This document shows, piece by piece, positions 9,620-18,734 of a stretch of 55,329 nt of DNA. This DNA is from Alphaproteobacteria bacterium (GTDB taxonomy: Bacteria > Pseudomonadota > Alphaproteobacteria > UBA7985 > JAUIBT01), in the NCBI GenBank assembly GCA_030432195.1, contig JAUIHE010000003.1, forward strand, positions 1 through 55,329, read 5' to 3'. The position numbers and the translations under genes were made by a program. The notes under the pieces were generated by a model. The model had not been told where the DNA came from, made no database searches, and saw only the letters and a program-made list of their open reading frames with translations. Each line of letters starts with the position of its first letter. Positions within the stretch are counted from its first letter, which is position 1.

Positions 9620-10978
9620 CTAGCCGCCCGCTTCCAGCAGCGCCACGCTGCCCGCAAGCCGCTGTTCCAGAGCTGGCCGGTTTTCCCGGTCGGCCAGATC
9701 GCTGCCCCAGACCAAGGTATCGAAGGACTCGCAGGTCGGGCAAACGGCATGCCATGCCTGGTGCTCATCTTGGCAGGCGCTACAGCTCCAAGCATCGTCT
9801 CGTGGATACAGCGAGGCTTTGGCTTGCAGTGCGTTGATAGCCTCCAGTGAGCCGCCTTCGGCTTCCGCAAGACTGGCCAGAGCCCGAAACAGGCGGTGGC
9901 TCGGCGCGCGGTTTTCCAGCGGTGTCAGGCTGCCCCGCGCGGCCTCAAGCTCGCCCGCAGCCAATTGCGAACGCCCCAACTCCAGCTTTGAAAGAGCATG
10001 GTCTGACCGCAGATCGTGCAGGGCCGTTACGGCGTCCAAAATAGCGCGCGGCCCTTCGGCACCCAGCGCTTGCAAATAGGCAAAGGTGTAGAGCGGGTGG
10101 GGTTGTTGTTTCCAAGCGCGCTGAAGCGCCTTGGCAGCGGCTTCGGGCCCGTCGCTCTGGCGCAACAGATCGGCCAAGACCAACTGACCGGGAGCGAAAT
10201 CGGGGGCCAATTGGACCGCACGCTGGGCCGCTGTCCTCGCTGCTTTTTCATTGCCAGCTATCAATTGCTCGCGCGCGTTCTGGGCTTGCACCACGGCAAT
10301 AAAGCGCTGGGCCTGCTTCTTGTCCAAGACCCGATTGCTGCGGCCTTGCTCTATGATGGCCAGGGTCTCGTTCCAGTGTCCTTGCGCGGCCTCCAGACGG
10401 AACAGGGTATCGACCACCCAAAAGGTCTTAGGTCGCAGCTTGAGCGCTTCGTACAACAGGGCCACGGTCTCTGCGCGATCCCCGCGCTTCATGGCCTGAG
10501 TAATCAACCCGCGCAGCCCCATAAAGGCCGCTTGCTGATCTTCCAACATGGCAATGAAGTTCTGGTCGGCCTTATCGCTGTCGCCCTCCAACAATGCGGT
10601 TTGAGCGCTGATAAGATGGGTGAGCGGGGATTTGGCCAGGTATTTTTGGGCCACTTTCGATTGCTTGCTGGCCTCTTTTGCATCACCCGCAGCCAAGGCA
10701 GATAGCCCTTTGGAAATAGCGTCCAGACCGCGCCGGTGCTTGTTTTCTTCGCGTTGTTTGCGCTGGTTGGCCGGCAAATCAACGAAGGCTTTGACCAAGC
10801 GAAACACCTGAAACAGGATCCAGACCACGATCAACAGCATGAGCGCCGCCAGGCCCGCATTCATTGTGATACGAGTGCCCATGACAACAAGGGACATGTC
10901 TTGCGTGTTCGCAGTCAGCCAGAGCGCCGCGGCCACCACAAGGGCCAGTTGGATCAAAAAGAAGATCAAGCGAAGCAT
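9620..10978 (-). CDS. HemY-like TPR membrane protein (heme biosynthesis HemY N-terminal domain family) with a C-terminal zinc-ribbon-like CxxC...CxxC
   Basis: Start chosen at ATG 10978 (MLRLIFFLIQLALVVAAALWL, membrane anchor). TPR-like helical repeats. C-terminus is CSACQDEHQAWHAVCPTCESF. Last gene of the hemC-hemD cluster. Confidence 0.75.
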   Translation of the reverse strand: MLRLIFFLIQLALVVAAALWLTANTQDMSLVVMGTRITMNAGLAALMLLIVVWILFQVFRLVKAFVDLPANQRKQREENKHRRGLDAISKGLSALAAGDAKEASKQSKVAQKYLAKSPLTHLISAQTALLEGDSDKADQNFIAMLEDQQAAFMGLRGLITQAMKRGDRAETVALLYEALKLRPKTFWVVDTLFRLEAAQGHWNETLAIIEQGRSNRVLDKKQAQRFIAVVQAQNAREQLIAGNEKAARTAAQRAVQLAPDFAPGQLVLADLLRQSDGPEAAAKALQRAWKQQPHPLYTFAYLQALGAEGPRAILDAVTALHDLRSDHALSKLELGRSQLAAGELEAARGSLTPLENRAPSHRLFRALASLAEAEGGSLEAINALQAKASLYPRDDAWSCSACQDEHQAWHAVCPTCESFDTLVWGSDLADRENRPALEQRLAGSVALLEAGG

Positions 10979-11063
10979 GGATGCGGTTCCTGTCGGCGGT
11001 CGGGGCGGAAAGATCGAATTTGGGGCTGTCGGTGTCAAAGGTGGTTGCAAAGAGCTGGAAATC

Positions 11064-12512
11064 CTAGGGCTGAGACAGCTTTTCTTCCAAGGTCCAAGCC
11101 TCTAGGGCCCAGGCAGCTTCGTCGCGCGCCCGGCGCTGTTCAAGGGCGGCGAACCAGGTCTGATAGAGCTGCGATCGACTGGCCAATTCGCCGGGAATCC
11201 GACCGAGCTTGTCCCAGGCCAGCGCATAGTCAGCGCGGCCCGCCTCATCGCTCGCCAAGGCAGCGTGGGCATCCGCCAACCACCCGGCCAAGCTCTCCTG
11301 CCCGCGCGCGTCCACCGGCTCGACCGTCACCAGGCCCTGCATTTTGCCGAGGACAGAACCGAAGACCCCTTGATTGGCCGATGCATCACTGCGCGCCAGC
11401 GCGGACAAATCGCGCCACAAGGCATCGGTTTGCGCCGACAACTCCTCACGACTGGGGGTCGAACGACCGGCCAGCTCCGATAGCGGGTCCAAGATCTGGG
11501 CCAGCTTGGGCTTGTCACCTGCTAGGCCCTGCAAAGCTGCCAATTCGCCGGCAAAGCCATGGGTCTGCTCAAGCGCGGCCCGCAGGCGCGATAGAGCCAA
11601 CAGACGCAAGCCGTCATCGCGGTTTTCGCGGTAGGCTGGATCAATGGCGGCGCTCAATTCAGCCAGCTGGCCCTCCAGATTTTGCCTCAAATCCTGGGCG
11701 CTGTCGGTCAATTGATCTTGTGCTTGCGCCAAGCCTGCGAGCTGATCTTCAAGGGCGGACAGAACCGTCAGCTGGCCTTTGATGTCAGCGGCCAGACCAT
11801 CAACGCGATCGGTCAGACGTTGCGCCGCCAAGTCTTGAGCGCTGCGGTCGGCTTGAACCGCGGTGGCCGCGGCTTGCGCCTGGCTAATTTGTTCGGCCAT
11901 CTGGTCTAGGCGGCCTTCCAAGCGGGCGATTGTGGCTTGCAATTCGCCGGACAAGGCTCCCTCAGGATCGACCAGCCCTGCCAGCTCGCGGGTCTGGGAC
12001 AGAGCCTCGTTGGCGGCGGCTAGCGCCTGTTCGCCTTGGGCGCGGCTCTGGTCCAGTTTGGGCTGAATGGCCTCAAATCGCAGCGCGAGCCCGTCTTCTT
12101 GGCTGGTGATTTTCTGATCCAAACGCGCCAGTTCACTGGTCAAGGCCTTAAGGTCAGCCGCCTGCAGAGCACCTTGGTTGCTTTGCTGGCTCGTTGCCTG
12201 CGTGACCGTGGCTTGCAAGGCGTTCAGCTGCTGGCGGTTTTCGCGGAGTCGCTGGCTAATGGAGGCCGGTTGGACCCCGCCCTGACCAAGCGCCTTGAGC
12301 CCAGCCATGCCGCCAATCTCAAAGATGCCCAACGCTACCAATGCCGATACAAGGCCGACAAAGACCATCAGCAGTATCGCATAAACCAGCCCAAGCAGGA
12401 TGCGGGCCGGTCTGCTGGCGCTTGCTGCCGGTGTTGGGCTGGTTGATCGCATGCTGTTGGCCTTCGTGCTCGAGGCGGGAATCTGGGGCGTTTCGGACGG
12501 CAGATCGGACAT
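11064..12512 (-). CDS. Mitofilin/Mic60-like (COG4223-type) membrane-anchored coiled-coil protein
   Basis: N-terminal TM (ILLGLVYAILLMVFVGLVSALVALGIF) and a long Ala/Gln/Leu coiled-coil. Conserved-looking C-terminal block (...YALAWDKLGRIPGELASRSQLYQTWFAALEQRRARDEA...). Located between hemD and hemY-like, as known for alphaproteobacterial Mic60 homologues. Confidence 0.7.
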   Translation of the reverse strand: MSDLPSETPQIPASSTKANSMRSTSPTPAASASRPARILLGLVYAILLMVFVGLVSALVALGIFEIGGMAGLKALGQGGVQPASISQRLRENRQQLNALQATVTQATSQQSNQGALQAADLKALTSELARLDQKITSQEDGLALRFEAIQPKLDQSRAQGEQALAAANEALSQTRELAGLVDPEGALSGELQATIARLEGRLDQMAEQISQAQAAATAVQADRSAQDLAAQRLTDRVDGLAADIKGQLTVLSALEDQLAGLAQAQDQLTDSAQDLRQNLEGQLAELSAAIDPAYRENRDDGLRLLALSRLRAALEQTHGFAGELAALQGLAGDKPKLAQILDPLSELAGRSTPSREELSAQTDALWRDLSALARSDASANQGVFGSVLGKMQGLVTVEPVDARGQESLAGWLADAHAALASDEAGRADYALAWDKLGRIPGELASRSQLYQTWFAALEQRRARDEAAWALEAWTLEEKLSQP

Positions 12513-12583
12513 AGAGGCCTTCTCCTAAGGCATGACGCACAGAACAAGATTCAACCGTCCCCAAAGGCTTTGGGCCTTGGCTG

Positions 12584-13597
12584 TTAGGCCGGATCGAGGG
12601 TCAAGGCCAAGCCAGGCACAAGGGCACACAGCGCGGCGGCTAGGCCTTCTTCATCGGGGGTCTGAGCCACGCTTATCCTGCGCAAGTCCCAGGCCTCTAG
12701 CTCTACTGCAATTGCAGGCGAGAGGCAAAGCACAGGCAAGCGAGCGCGCCAATCTGACAGAGGCTTTGACGCTGGTACCGTGTGTGCTTCCCTCTTTGCT
12801 TCCTTCTGTGCTGCGCTCTGGAGCCACCCTCCCAAGCGTCGCGCAAGTGCGCGCGAATACACCAGCATAAGCGCCTGTTCCGGCGCAGCCTTGATCTGTT
12901 CCAGCGCTGCGACCAGGCGTTTATCGCTGTCGGGTAGCGCCTCGGCCGCATAAAGGGGGTGCTTTTCTAGCCCCCTGCCACAGCGTGCCTGCAGATGGGA
13001 GTCCAGAGCCTGGAAGGCATGAGAGACCTTGGTCGCGCAAAAATAGTGAACCCGGCCAATGTCCGGCGCGCGCCCCTCATCGCCCGGCGCGCCACAGCCT
13101 AAAGTGCGCAAGGGCCCCTCAATTATCGCGTTTTCCAATGCCGCCGCGGTTGGCGCTTGTGTCGTTGGGCCGTCAAAGCCATGCGCGCGCAGCGCCGCTA
13201 AAGCGCGCGAGCCCACGCAAAAGAGCGCGGCGGTGCGATCGAGCTGATCTAGCCGCCCCAAGTCCTCAAGGGCGCGCACCGCATTTGCGCTGGTAAACAA
13301 ATAGGCTGGTTGCGTTGGGCCTGGTCGTGGATCGTTGGCCTTTGCCGCAAAGGCCTCGTCTAGCAACACGCCCGCTTCGCGCTGCACCACCAGTTGCGAC
13401 AACGGCAGGTGGCAGGCCCTTAGAGCGCGCGGCTCATAGCGCTGGGCCGCTGCGATTACCGCCCGGCCCAGTCGGCTGCTGGGGACATCCAAGCCTTGCA
13501 GGCGATCGGCGTCGCCCCCCTCGGTCGGCCCCAAGGTATTCGGGCGCGTCAGGGCGAACTGGGCCCGCACAAAATAGAGGGTCAGCCGCGTCTGCAT
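12584..13597 (-). CDS. hemD: Uroporphyrinogen-III synthase (start uncertain; unusually long with insertions)
   Basis: ALTRP... and LFTSANAVRA motifs typical of HemD; directly downstream of hemC. The track ORF (to 13765) overlaps hemC by about 100 nt, so I used the internal ATG at 13597 (MQTRLTLYFV...). GTG at about 13631 is an alternative. Confidence 0.6.
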   Translation of the reverse strand: MQTRLTLYFVRAQFALTRPNTLGPTEGGDADRLQGLDVPSSRLGRAVIAAAQRYEPRALRACHLPLSQLVVQREAGVLLDEAFAAKANDPRPGPTQPAYLFTSANAVRALEDLGRLDQLDRTAALFCVGSRALAALRAHGFDGPTTQAPTAAALENAIIEGPLRTLGCGAPGDEGRAPDIGRVHYFCATKVSHAFQALDSHLQARCGRGLEKHPLYAAEALPDSDKRLVAALEQIKAAPEQALMLVYSRALARRLGGWLQSAAQKEAKREAHTVPASKPLSDWRARLPVLCLSPAIAVELEAWDLRRISVAQTPDEEGLAAALCALVPGLALTLDPA

Positions 13598-13658
13598 CGG
13601 CGGCGATTGGGCTGGCTGCGCAGAGGTCACGGCAAACGCCTGCCCTGGCGATAGGGGC

Positions 13659-14654
13659 CTAGCTGCGCCATGTGCCCGGATGCTGGCTGAGAGCGGCAAA
13701 AAATGCCGGACCTGCTTTGCCGCGCAGCTCCATGCCGACCGCCCGACCCAAGGCTTCGGGTGCATCCTCGCTGTTCATTTCGCCGTCGTGTTCTGCCCAA
13801 AAGGCTTGCCCCCCCTCAGGATCACCGGCAAAAGCGGTCAGCTTGAGCCACCCAGGCTTGCCGGTAGGGCGCGCCCAACCCGCCATGGGGGTCCGACAGT
13901 TGCCGTCCAATTCGGCCAAACAAGCCCGCTCCGCGCGCACCTGAATGGCCGTCGCTGCATCATTAAGGGCTGCCGCGGCGGCGGCGCAGGCCTTGTCATC
14001 GCTCCTGATTTGCAGCGCAATAGCCCCTTGCGCCATGGCGGGCAAAAAGCTGTGCGGCTCCATCACCACGTGCGCAACTTGGCTATCCAGCCCCAGGCGC
14101 TTGAGCCCCGCCAATGCCAACAAGGTGGCGTCGGCCTTGCCTTCCGCCAGCTTTTGTAACCGGGTTTGAACCGAGCCGCGGAACAGGGACACCTTAAGGT
14201 CGGGGCGCAGCGCTTTGACCAACGCTTGGCGCCGCAAACTGGCTGTCCCCAATACTGCGCCTTCAGGCAGGCTATCCAGGCCGCCGCCGTCGCGCGTAAT
14301 CAAGACGTCGCGCACATCCTCGCGCGGCAGATAGGCCGCCAGCTCCAGCCCCTCGGGCATGGCGACCCCCACATCTTTGAGCGAGTGCACCGCGATATCT
14401 GCGCGACCATCCAGAAGCGCCAGCTCCAGCTCCTTGGTGAAAAGGCCCTTGCCGCCAATCTCGTTCAAAGGGCGGTCTTGGATCTGATCGCCTTGGGTCG
14501 AAAGAACGACGATTTCGATGTGCCCGGCGTGTGCCAAATCCGGGAAGGCATCGGCCAACCGGGCTTTGACCTCCTGGGCCTGCGCCAGCGCCAAGGGCGA
14601 GCCTCGGGTGCCAAGCTTGAGCGGACGGGCAGCGGTGAAAATAGTCTGAGGCAT
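13659..14654 (-). CDS. hemC: Hydroxymethylbilane synthase (porphobilinogen deaminase)
   Basis: LKLGTRGSPLALAQA N-terminal signature and the conserved C-terminal Cys region (LDGNCRTPMAG). 331 aa. Confidence 0.9.
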   Translation of the reverse strand: MPQTIFTAARPLKLGTRGSPLALAQAQEVKARLADAFPDLAHAGHIEIVVLSTQGDQIQDRPLNEIGGKGLFTKELELALLDGRADIAVHSLKDVGVAMPEGLELAAYLPREDVRDVLITRDGGGLDSLPEGAVLGTASLRRQALVKALRPDLKVSLFRGSVQTRLQKLAEGKADATLLALAGLKRLGLDSQVAHVVMEPHSFLPAMAQGAIALQIRSDDKACAAAAAALNDAATAIQVRAERACLAELDGNCRTPMAGWARPTGKPGWLKLTAFAGDPEGGQAFWAEHDGEMNSEDAPEALGRAVGMELRGKAGPAFFAALSQHPGTWRS

Positions 14655-14849
14655 GGGGGGCTCTTATCGGTTGGCGCCGAAGCGCGAGGGCTTTGCATCC
14701 TTTGTAGTGCCCCCGCGCGTTCAAGAAAAGGGATGCAATTGCCGCAAAATGCGAATAGCCATAGAGCCGGGACTGGCGCCTGTTGCCGATCCCGGTTTTG
14801 TTTGTTGCTCCTGGCAATCGTCGCGATCCACCCAAAGGGATTATGATCC

Positions 14850-16001
14850 ATGCCCGTCTATGTGCCTGTTTTTTCTCGCTTTTTGATCGGTTTCCTGCTG
14901 TGGAGCCTGTCCGCTCTGACCGCCGTTGCGCAAGAGGCGGGCGCGGATGCCAGCGCTGAGGCCGCCCCTGAAGCTACCTCTGAGGCGACAAGTGACGCAG
15001 CCTCGCCCGACGCCAATGCGACCTTAGTGCAGATCGAAGCCCCTGAGCGCAACTTGGTTTTGGTTTCATGGGGCGGGCGCTATGCTGAGGCGCAGCAAAC
15101 AGCTCTGATCGACCCCTTCGAGCGACCACAAGACAGCCTGCGCCTGGTAAAGTTCAAGGGCAATTTGGAGAGCTTAGAACGGGTCCAGGCTGATTGGGAC
15201 CTGGTCGATCTGGAGCTTGGCGAGCTGGAAGAAGCTTGCGCGCTAGGCTTGGTATCGCCGTTGGATGCCAAGCAAGTTGGCCTTAGAGCCGGCGAGCTGA
15301 TCGCTGGCGCCCTGCACCGCTGCGGTTTGGCCTCGCAGGCTTGGAGCTGGAGTTTCTATGCCCCGACCTTGGACGGTACGGCGTCAGGCCCCGCTGTCTC
15401 GGTGGAGGGTTTCTTGGACCCGGACTTGATGACCGGCACCCGCGGGCTCTACCGCCGCCCAGATGGTTTGTTAGAAATGTTGATGCTGGCCCAAGGCGTA
15501 CCAGCCGATCAGGTCTATGCGGCGCTTACGGCCCCTGGTGGACCGCAAAAGGCGCTAGACATGCTGCAGCCGCTGAAAGCCGATCTGCGTTGGTATCATG
15601 CCAGTAAGGACTTGGAGGCGGCCATTATTTCGGGCGAGGTGGATTTCGCCTTCGGTTATACCGCCGCCTTGCATCGGGCTACCGCCAAGCGCGAGCAAGC
15701 ACCGGTGTTGGCCCTGGCGCGCGCGCCGATCGTCTATGGTCTCGACTTTTGGGCCATTCGCGCAGAAAGTCCAAACCGAGAGGCCGCCTACGCCTTTTTG
15801 CGTAACGCCATTTCGCCAGCCGCTGGCGCTAGATTTGCCGAACAGTTGGCCTATCTGCCGACGCGCGTTCAGGCCTACGCGGGGACTCCGCAGCTTCCCA
15901 ACGTACCCAAGGCGGCACAGAGCTTGGTATTCGATCGCCTCTGGTGGGAAAGCCCCGCTGGTCTGGCGGCGATTGAGGCCTTTGAAGCCTGGGTGGAATA
16001 A
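14850..16001 (+). CDS. Extracellular solute-binding protein (PotD/PotF-like ABC substrate-binding family), orphan (no permease or ATPase adjacent)
   Basis: Signal peptide (FLIGFLLWSLSALTAVAQEAG). VLVSWGGRYAEAQQTALIDPFE is typical of polyamine-type SBPs. Confidence 0.65.
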   Translation: MPVYVPVFSRFLIGFLLWSLSALTAVAQEAGADASAEAAPEATSEATSDAASPDANATLVQIEAPERNLVLVSWGGRYAEAQQTALIDPFERPQDSLRLVKFKGNLESLERVQADWDLVDLELGELEEACALGLVSPLDAKQVGLRAGELIAGALHRCGLASQAWSWSFYAPTLDGTASGPAVSVEGFLDPDLMTGTRGLYRRPDGLLEMLMLAQGVPADQVYAALTAPGGPQKALDMLQPLKADLRWYHASKDLEAAIISGEVDFAFGYTAALHRATAKREQAPVLALARAPIVYGLDFWAIRAESPNREAAYAFLRNAISPAAGARFAEQLAYLPTRVQAYAGTPQLPNVPKAAQSLVFDRLWWESPAGLAAIEAFEAWVE

Positions 16002-16072
16002 TCGGCAGGCAGGCTCCATGAGCCACACGATCGGCGGGCCGCAGATCCCGCCCCTACTGCAAAGGTGCTGTT

Positions 16073-17251
16073 TTGAACCAACCAAACACCCATCCTGAAC
16101 CCAGCCAAGCGCGGCGGGTCTTTCTTTCCAAGCCCCACATGGGCGGGGCTGAGCGCGGCCTTGTGGATGCGGTATTTGATGCCAACATGGTCGCGCCCGT
16201 CGGTCCAGCGGTGGATCGCTTCGAACGCGAGCTTGAAGCCTACACCGGGATTGCGCACGCTGCCGCTCTGTCCTCGGGCAGTGCAGCCTTGCACCTGGCC
16301 TGCATCTTGGCCGGGGTCGAAGCGGGAGACGAAGTTTGGGGACCCAGCCTGACCTTTATGGGTGGCGTCTCGGGCCTGGTGATGCGCGGGGCAAACCCGG
16401 TCTTTTTCGACTGCGCGCCAGAGACTTGGGGCCTGGACCCGGAGCTGCTGGAGGCTGAACTGTCAGCAGCCAAACGCGGCCAGCGCTTGCCCAAATTGGT
16501 CATAGCCACCGATCTTTACGGTCAGTCTTGCGATTTGGACGCCCTATTGGACGTAACCAGCAGCTATGGCGTGCCCCTGGTGACCGACAGCGCCGAAGCC
16601 TTGGGCACGCTCTATAAGGGCCGCCACGCGGGCAAGGGCGCGCTGATGGCGGCTCTGTCGTTCAACGGTAATAAGATCATCACCACATCGGGCGGTGGCG
16701 CGCTGCTCAGCGATGACGGTGAATTGGTCGCCAGGGCGCGCTTTTTGGCAACCCAGGCTCGCGACCCTGCCCCCTATTATCAGCACACAACGTTGGGCTA
16801 TAACTACCGCTTATCGGGGGTCTGTGCGGCCATTGGCTCAGGACAAATGCAGGTCTTGGAGCAGCGCGTAGACCAACGCCGCCAGCTCTACGAGGCCTAC
16901 AAGGGCTTGCTGGCTGGCGCCCCTGTTCATTTCCTGCCCGATCAACCCGACAGTCGCGAAACCCACTGGCTAAGCGTGGCCTTTTTGGACCGCCATGAGC
17001 CCGAGGCGCTGCGCTTGGCTTTGGAACAAGACAATATAGAAGCGCGGCCGGTCTGGAAGCCCATGCATTTGCAGCCCTTGTTTAAAGAGGCCCGCTTTGT
17101 GGCGCGCTGGCGAGAGCCCGACACCAATCGCGCGGTCTGCGAGACCTATTTCGATCGCGGTATCTGCCTACCGTCTTGCAGCCAACTCGCCGCCGAGGAA
17201 GCCGACGATTTTGAGCGCGTGGCCGATGCACTATCGCGGTTTTTTGACTAG
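16073..17251 (+). CDS. DegT/DnrJ/EryC1/StrS family PLP-dependent aminotransferase (sugar aminotransferase)
   Basis: FLSKPHMGGAE... N-terminus and SFNGNKIITTSGGGALL (PLP lysine) are typical of the family. Confidence 0.8.
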   Translation: MNQPNTHPEPSQARRVFLSKPHMGGAERGLVDAVFDANMVAPVGPAVDRFERELEAYTGIAHAAALSSGSAALHLACILAGVEAGDEVWGPSLTFMGGVSGLVMRGANPVFFDCAPETWGLDPELLEAELSAAKRGQRLPKLVIATDLYGQSCDLDALLDVTSSYGVPLVTDSAEALGTLYKGRHAGKGALMAALSFNGNKIITTSGGGALLSDDGELVARARFLATQARDPAPYYQHTTLGYNYRLSGVCAAIGSGQMQVLEQRVDQRRQLYEAYKGLLAGAPVHFLPDQPDSRETHWLSVAFLDRHEPEALRLALEQDNIEARPVWKPMHLQPLFKEARFVARWREPDTNRAVCETYFDRGICLPSCSQLAAEEADDFERVADALSRFFD

Positions 17252-17252
17252 A

Positions 17253-17360
17253 TTAGAGCAAGCCGCGAACGAGTGGCAATACGAATGAGCATGGACTTGC
17301 GTTAGAAATCAGTCAGCTAGAGCCGAAGGGCTTTTGCAAGGCCAGGGCCCGACGCTCTAG
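17253..17360 (+). repeat. Interspersed CTAGAGC-delimited element, family B, copy 1 (108 nt)
   Basis: About 92% identical (9 differences in 108 nt by hand alignment) to 42424..42531. Starts ttagagcaagccgcgaa, ends gacgctctag. The 3' half folds as ctagagc-gggc...gccc-gctctag. Begins 2 nt after the DegT stop. Confidence 0.85.
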
Positions 17361-17378
17361 CCTGCGCCACACCGATGC

Positions 17379-18686
17379 TTACAGCAGCTCGGGCGGTGAG
17401 GCCGGTGAGCGCTCCAAAATCTGATCGGGCCAGATTTGCAAAGATGTGATTTGCAGGCGTTGGCGCTCCAGTACCTTGAAGGTAAAGCCGTGGAAATTAA
17501 ACACCTGGCCAACCTCGGGGATCAGCCGCGCTTCGTACAGCACCAGCCCCGCGACCGTGCTAGCGTCGTCATCCGGCAGGTTCCAATCGAACTGGCGATT
17601 GAGATCGCGGATCGTCACACTGCCTTCGACGACATAAGATCCGTCGCCGACCTCGGTCACGCCCGCCGCCTTGATCACATCGGTCTCATCGTCGATATCG
17701 CCGACGATTTCTTCTAGGATGTCCTCCAGCGTAATGATGCCCTCTAGGCCGCCGTATTCATCCACCACCACCGCAAAGTGAGCGCGCTTGCGGCGGAAGT
17801 TTTGCAGCTGGTCGGTTAGCGAGGTACTGGACGGGATGAACCAAGGCTCTGCCGCCAGGGCTCTGATATCCAGCCTCTCCGCATCGCCTTGCTGGGCGCG
17901 CAAAGCCCGCAACAACTCCTTGGCGTGCAAGATACCCACGATGTTGTCAGGATCGCTTGAGAACAAAGGCAGGCGCGTATAGGGGCTTTCGACCACCTGG
18001 GTCACGATATCCTGCGGGCTCTGGTCGATATCGATCATGGCCACGTTGCGGCGGTGGGTCATGACTTCTTCGACCGCCACGTCCGATAGATCCAAGATCG
18101 AGCGCAGCATGTCGCGCGCCTCTCGCGCCTCTTCGTCCTCAGCATCGGTGTGCAGCTCAATGGCGCCGCGCAATTCTTCTTCGGCTTCATCGCGGCGCGC
18201 GTCTGGATCGGGGCGATCGCCAATCGCCCACAAAGCAAACTGCACCACCGCTTGGATGGCGCGCACAACCGGGCGGGTCACGACAATAAGCCAGACGACA
18301 AAGCCCGCCACCCGCAGCGCCACCTTGTCAGCATGGCGAATGGCGTAGGTCTTGGGCAAAACCTCCGCGAAGATCACCACCAAAAGCGTCATAATCAGGG
18401 TGGCCAACAGAACACCTGCCTCGCCGACCAGGGCGATGAACAGCGAAGTTGCCAAGGCCGAGGCCAAGATATTGACCAGGTTGTTGGCCAACAAGATCGC
18501 CCCAATCAAGGCTTCGGGGTCTTGCAACAGCGCGTTGGCCCGCTTGGCTGCCGGTTCGCCTTGGCGTTCCAACTGATGCAAGCGCGCCTTGGATGCGCCC
18601 GTCAGGGCCGTTTCGGAGCCGGAAAAGAAAGCCGACAAAGCGATCAGAACGGCAACAACGAGGCAGAGCAAGATCAAGGTCAGCAT
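17379..18686 (-). CDS. HlyC/CorC family transporter (DUF21/CNNM + CBS pair + CorC_HlyC domains)
   Basis: 435 aa. N-terminal 4-TM DUF21 region with SGSETAL, central CBS region, C-terminal transporter-associated domain. Confidence 0.8.
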   Translation of the reverse strand: MLTLILLCLVVAVLIALSAFFSGSETALTGASKARLHQLERQGEPAAKRANALLQDPEALIGAILLANNLVNILASALATSLFIALVGEAGVLLATLIMTLLVVIFAEVLPKTYAIRHADKVALRVAGFVVWLIVVTRPVVRAIQAVVQFALWAIGDRPDPDARRDEAEEELRGAIELHTDAEDEEAREARDMLRSILDLSDVAVEEVMTHRRNVAMIDIDQSPQDIVTQVVESPYTRLPLFSSDPDNIVGILHAKELLRALRAQQGDAERLDIRALAAEPWFIPSSTSLTDQLQNFRRKRAHFAVVVDEYGGLEGIITLEDILEEIVGDIDDETDVIKAAGVTEVGDGSYVVEGSVTIRDLNRQFDWNLPDDDASTVAGLVLYEARLIPEVGQVFNFHGFTFKVLERQRLQITSLQIWPDQILERSPASPPELL

Positions 18687-18734
18687 GGCGGGTCCGTTCG
18701 TAGCAAGGGTTTGTTTGGCTTTTGATGCAACAGC

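Noticed and set aside
13598-13765. Upstream extension of the hemD ORF (track start 13765)
   Set aside because: It would overlap the 3' end of hemC by about 100 nt, and the extension peptide has no HemD similarity. I preferred an internal start (13597, or about 13631).
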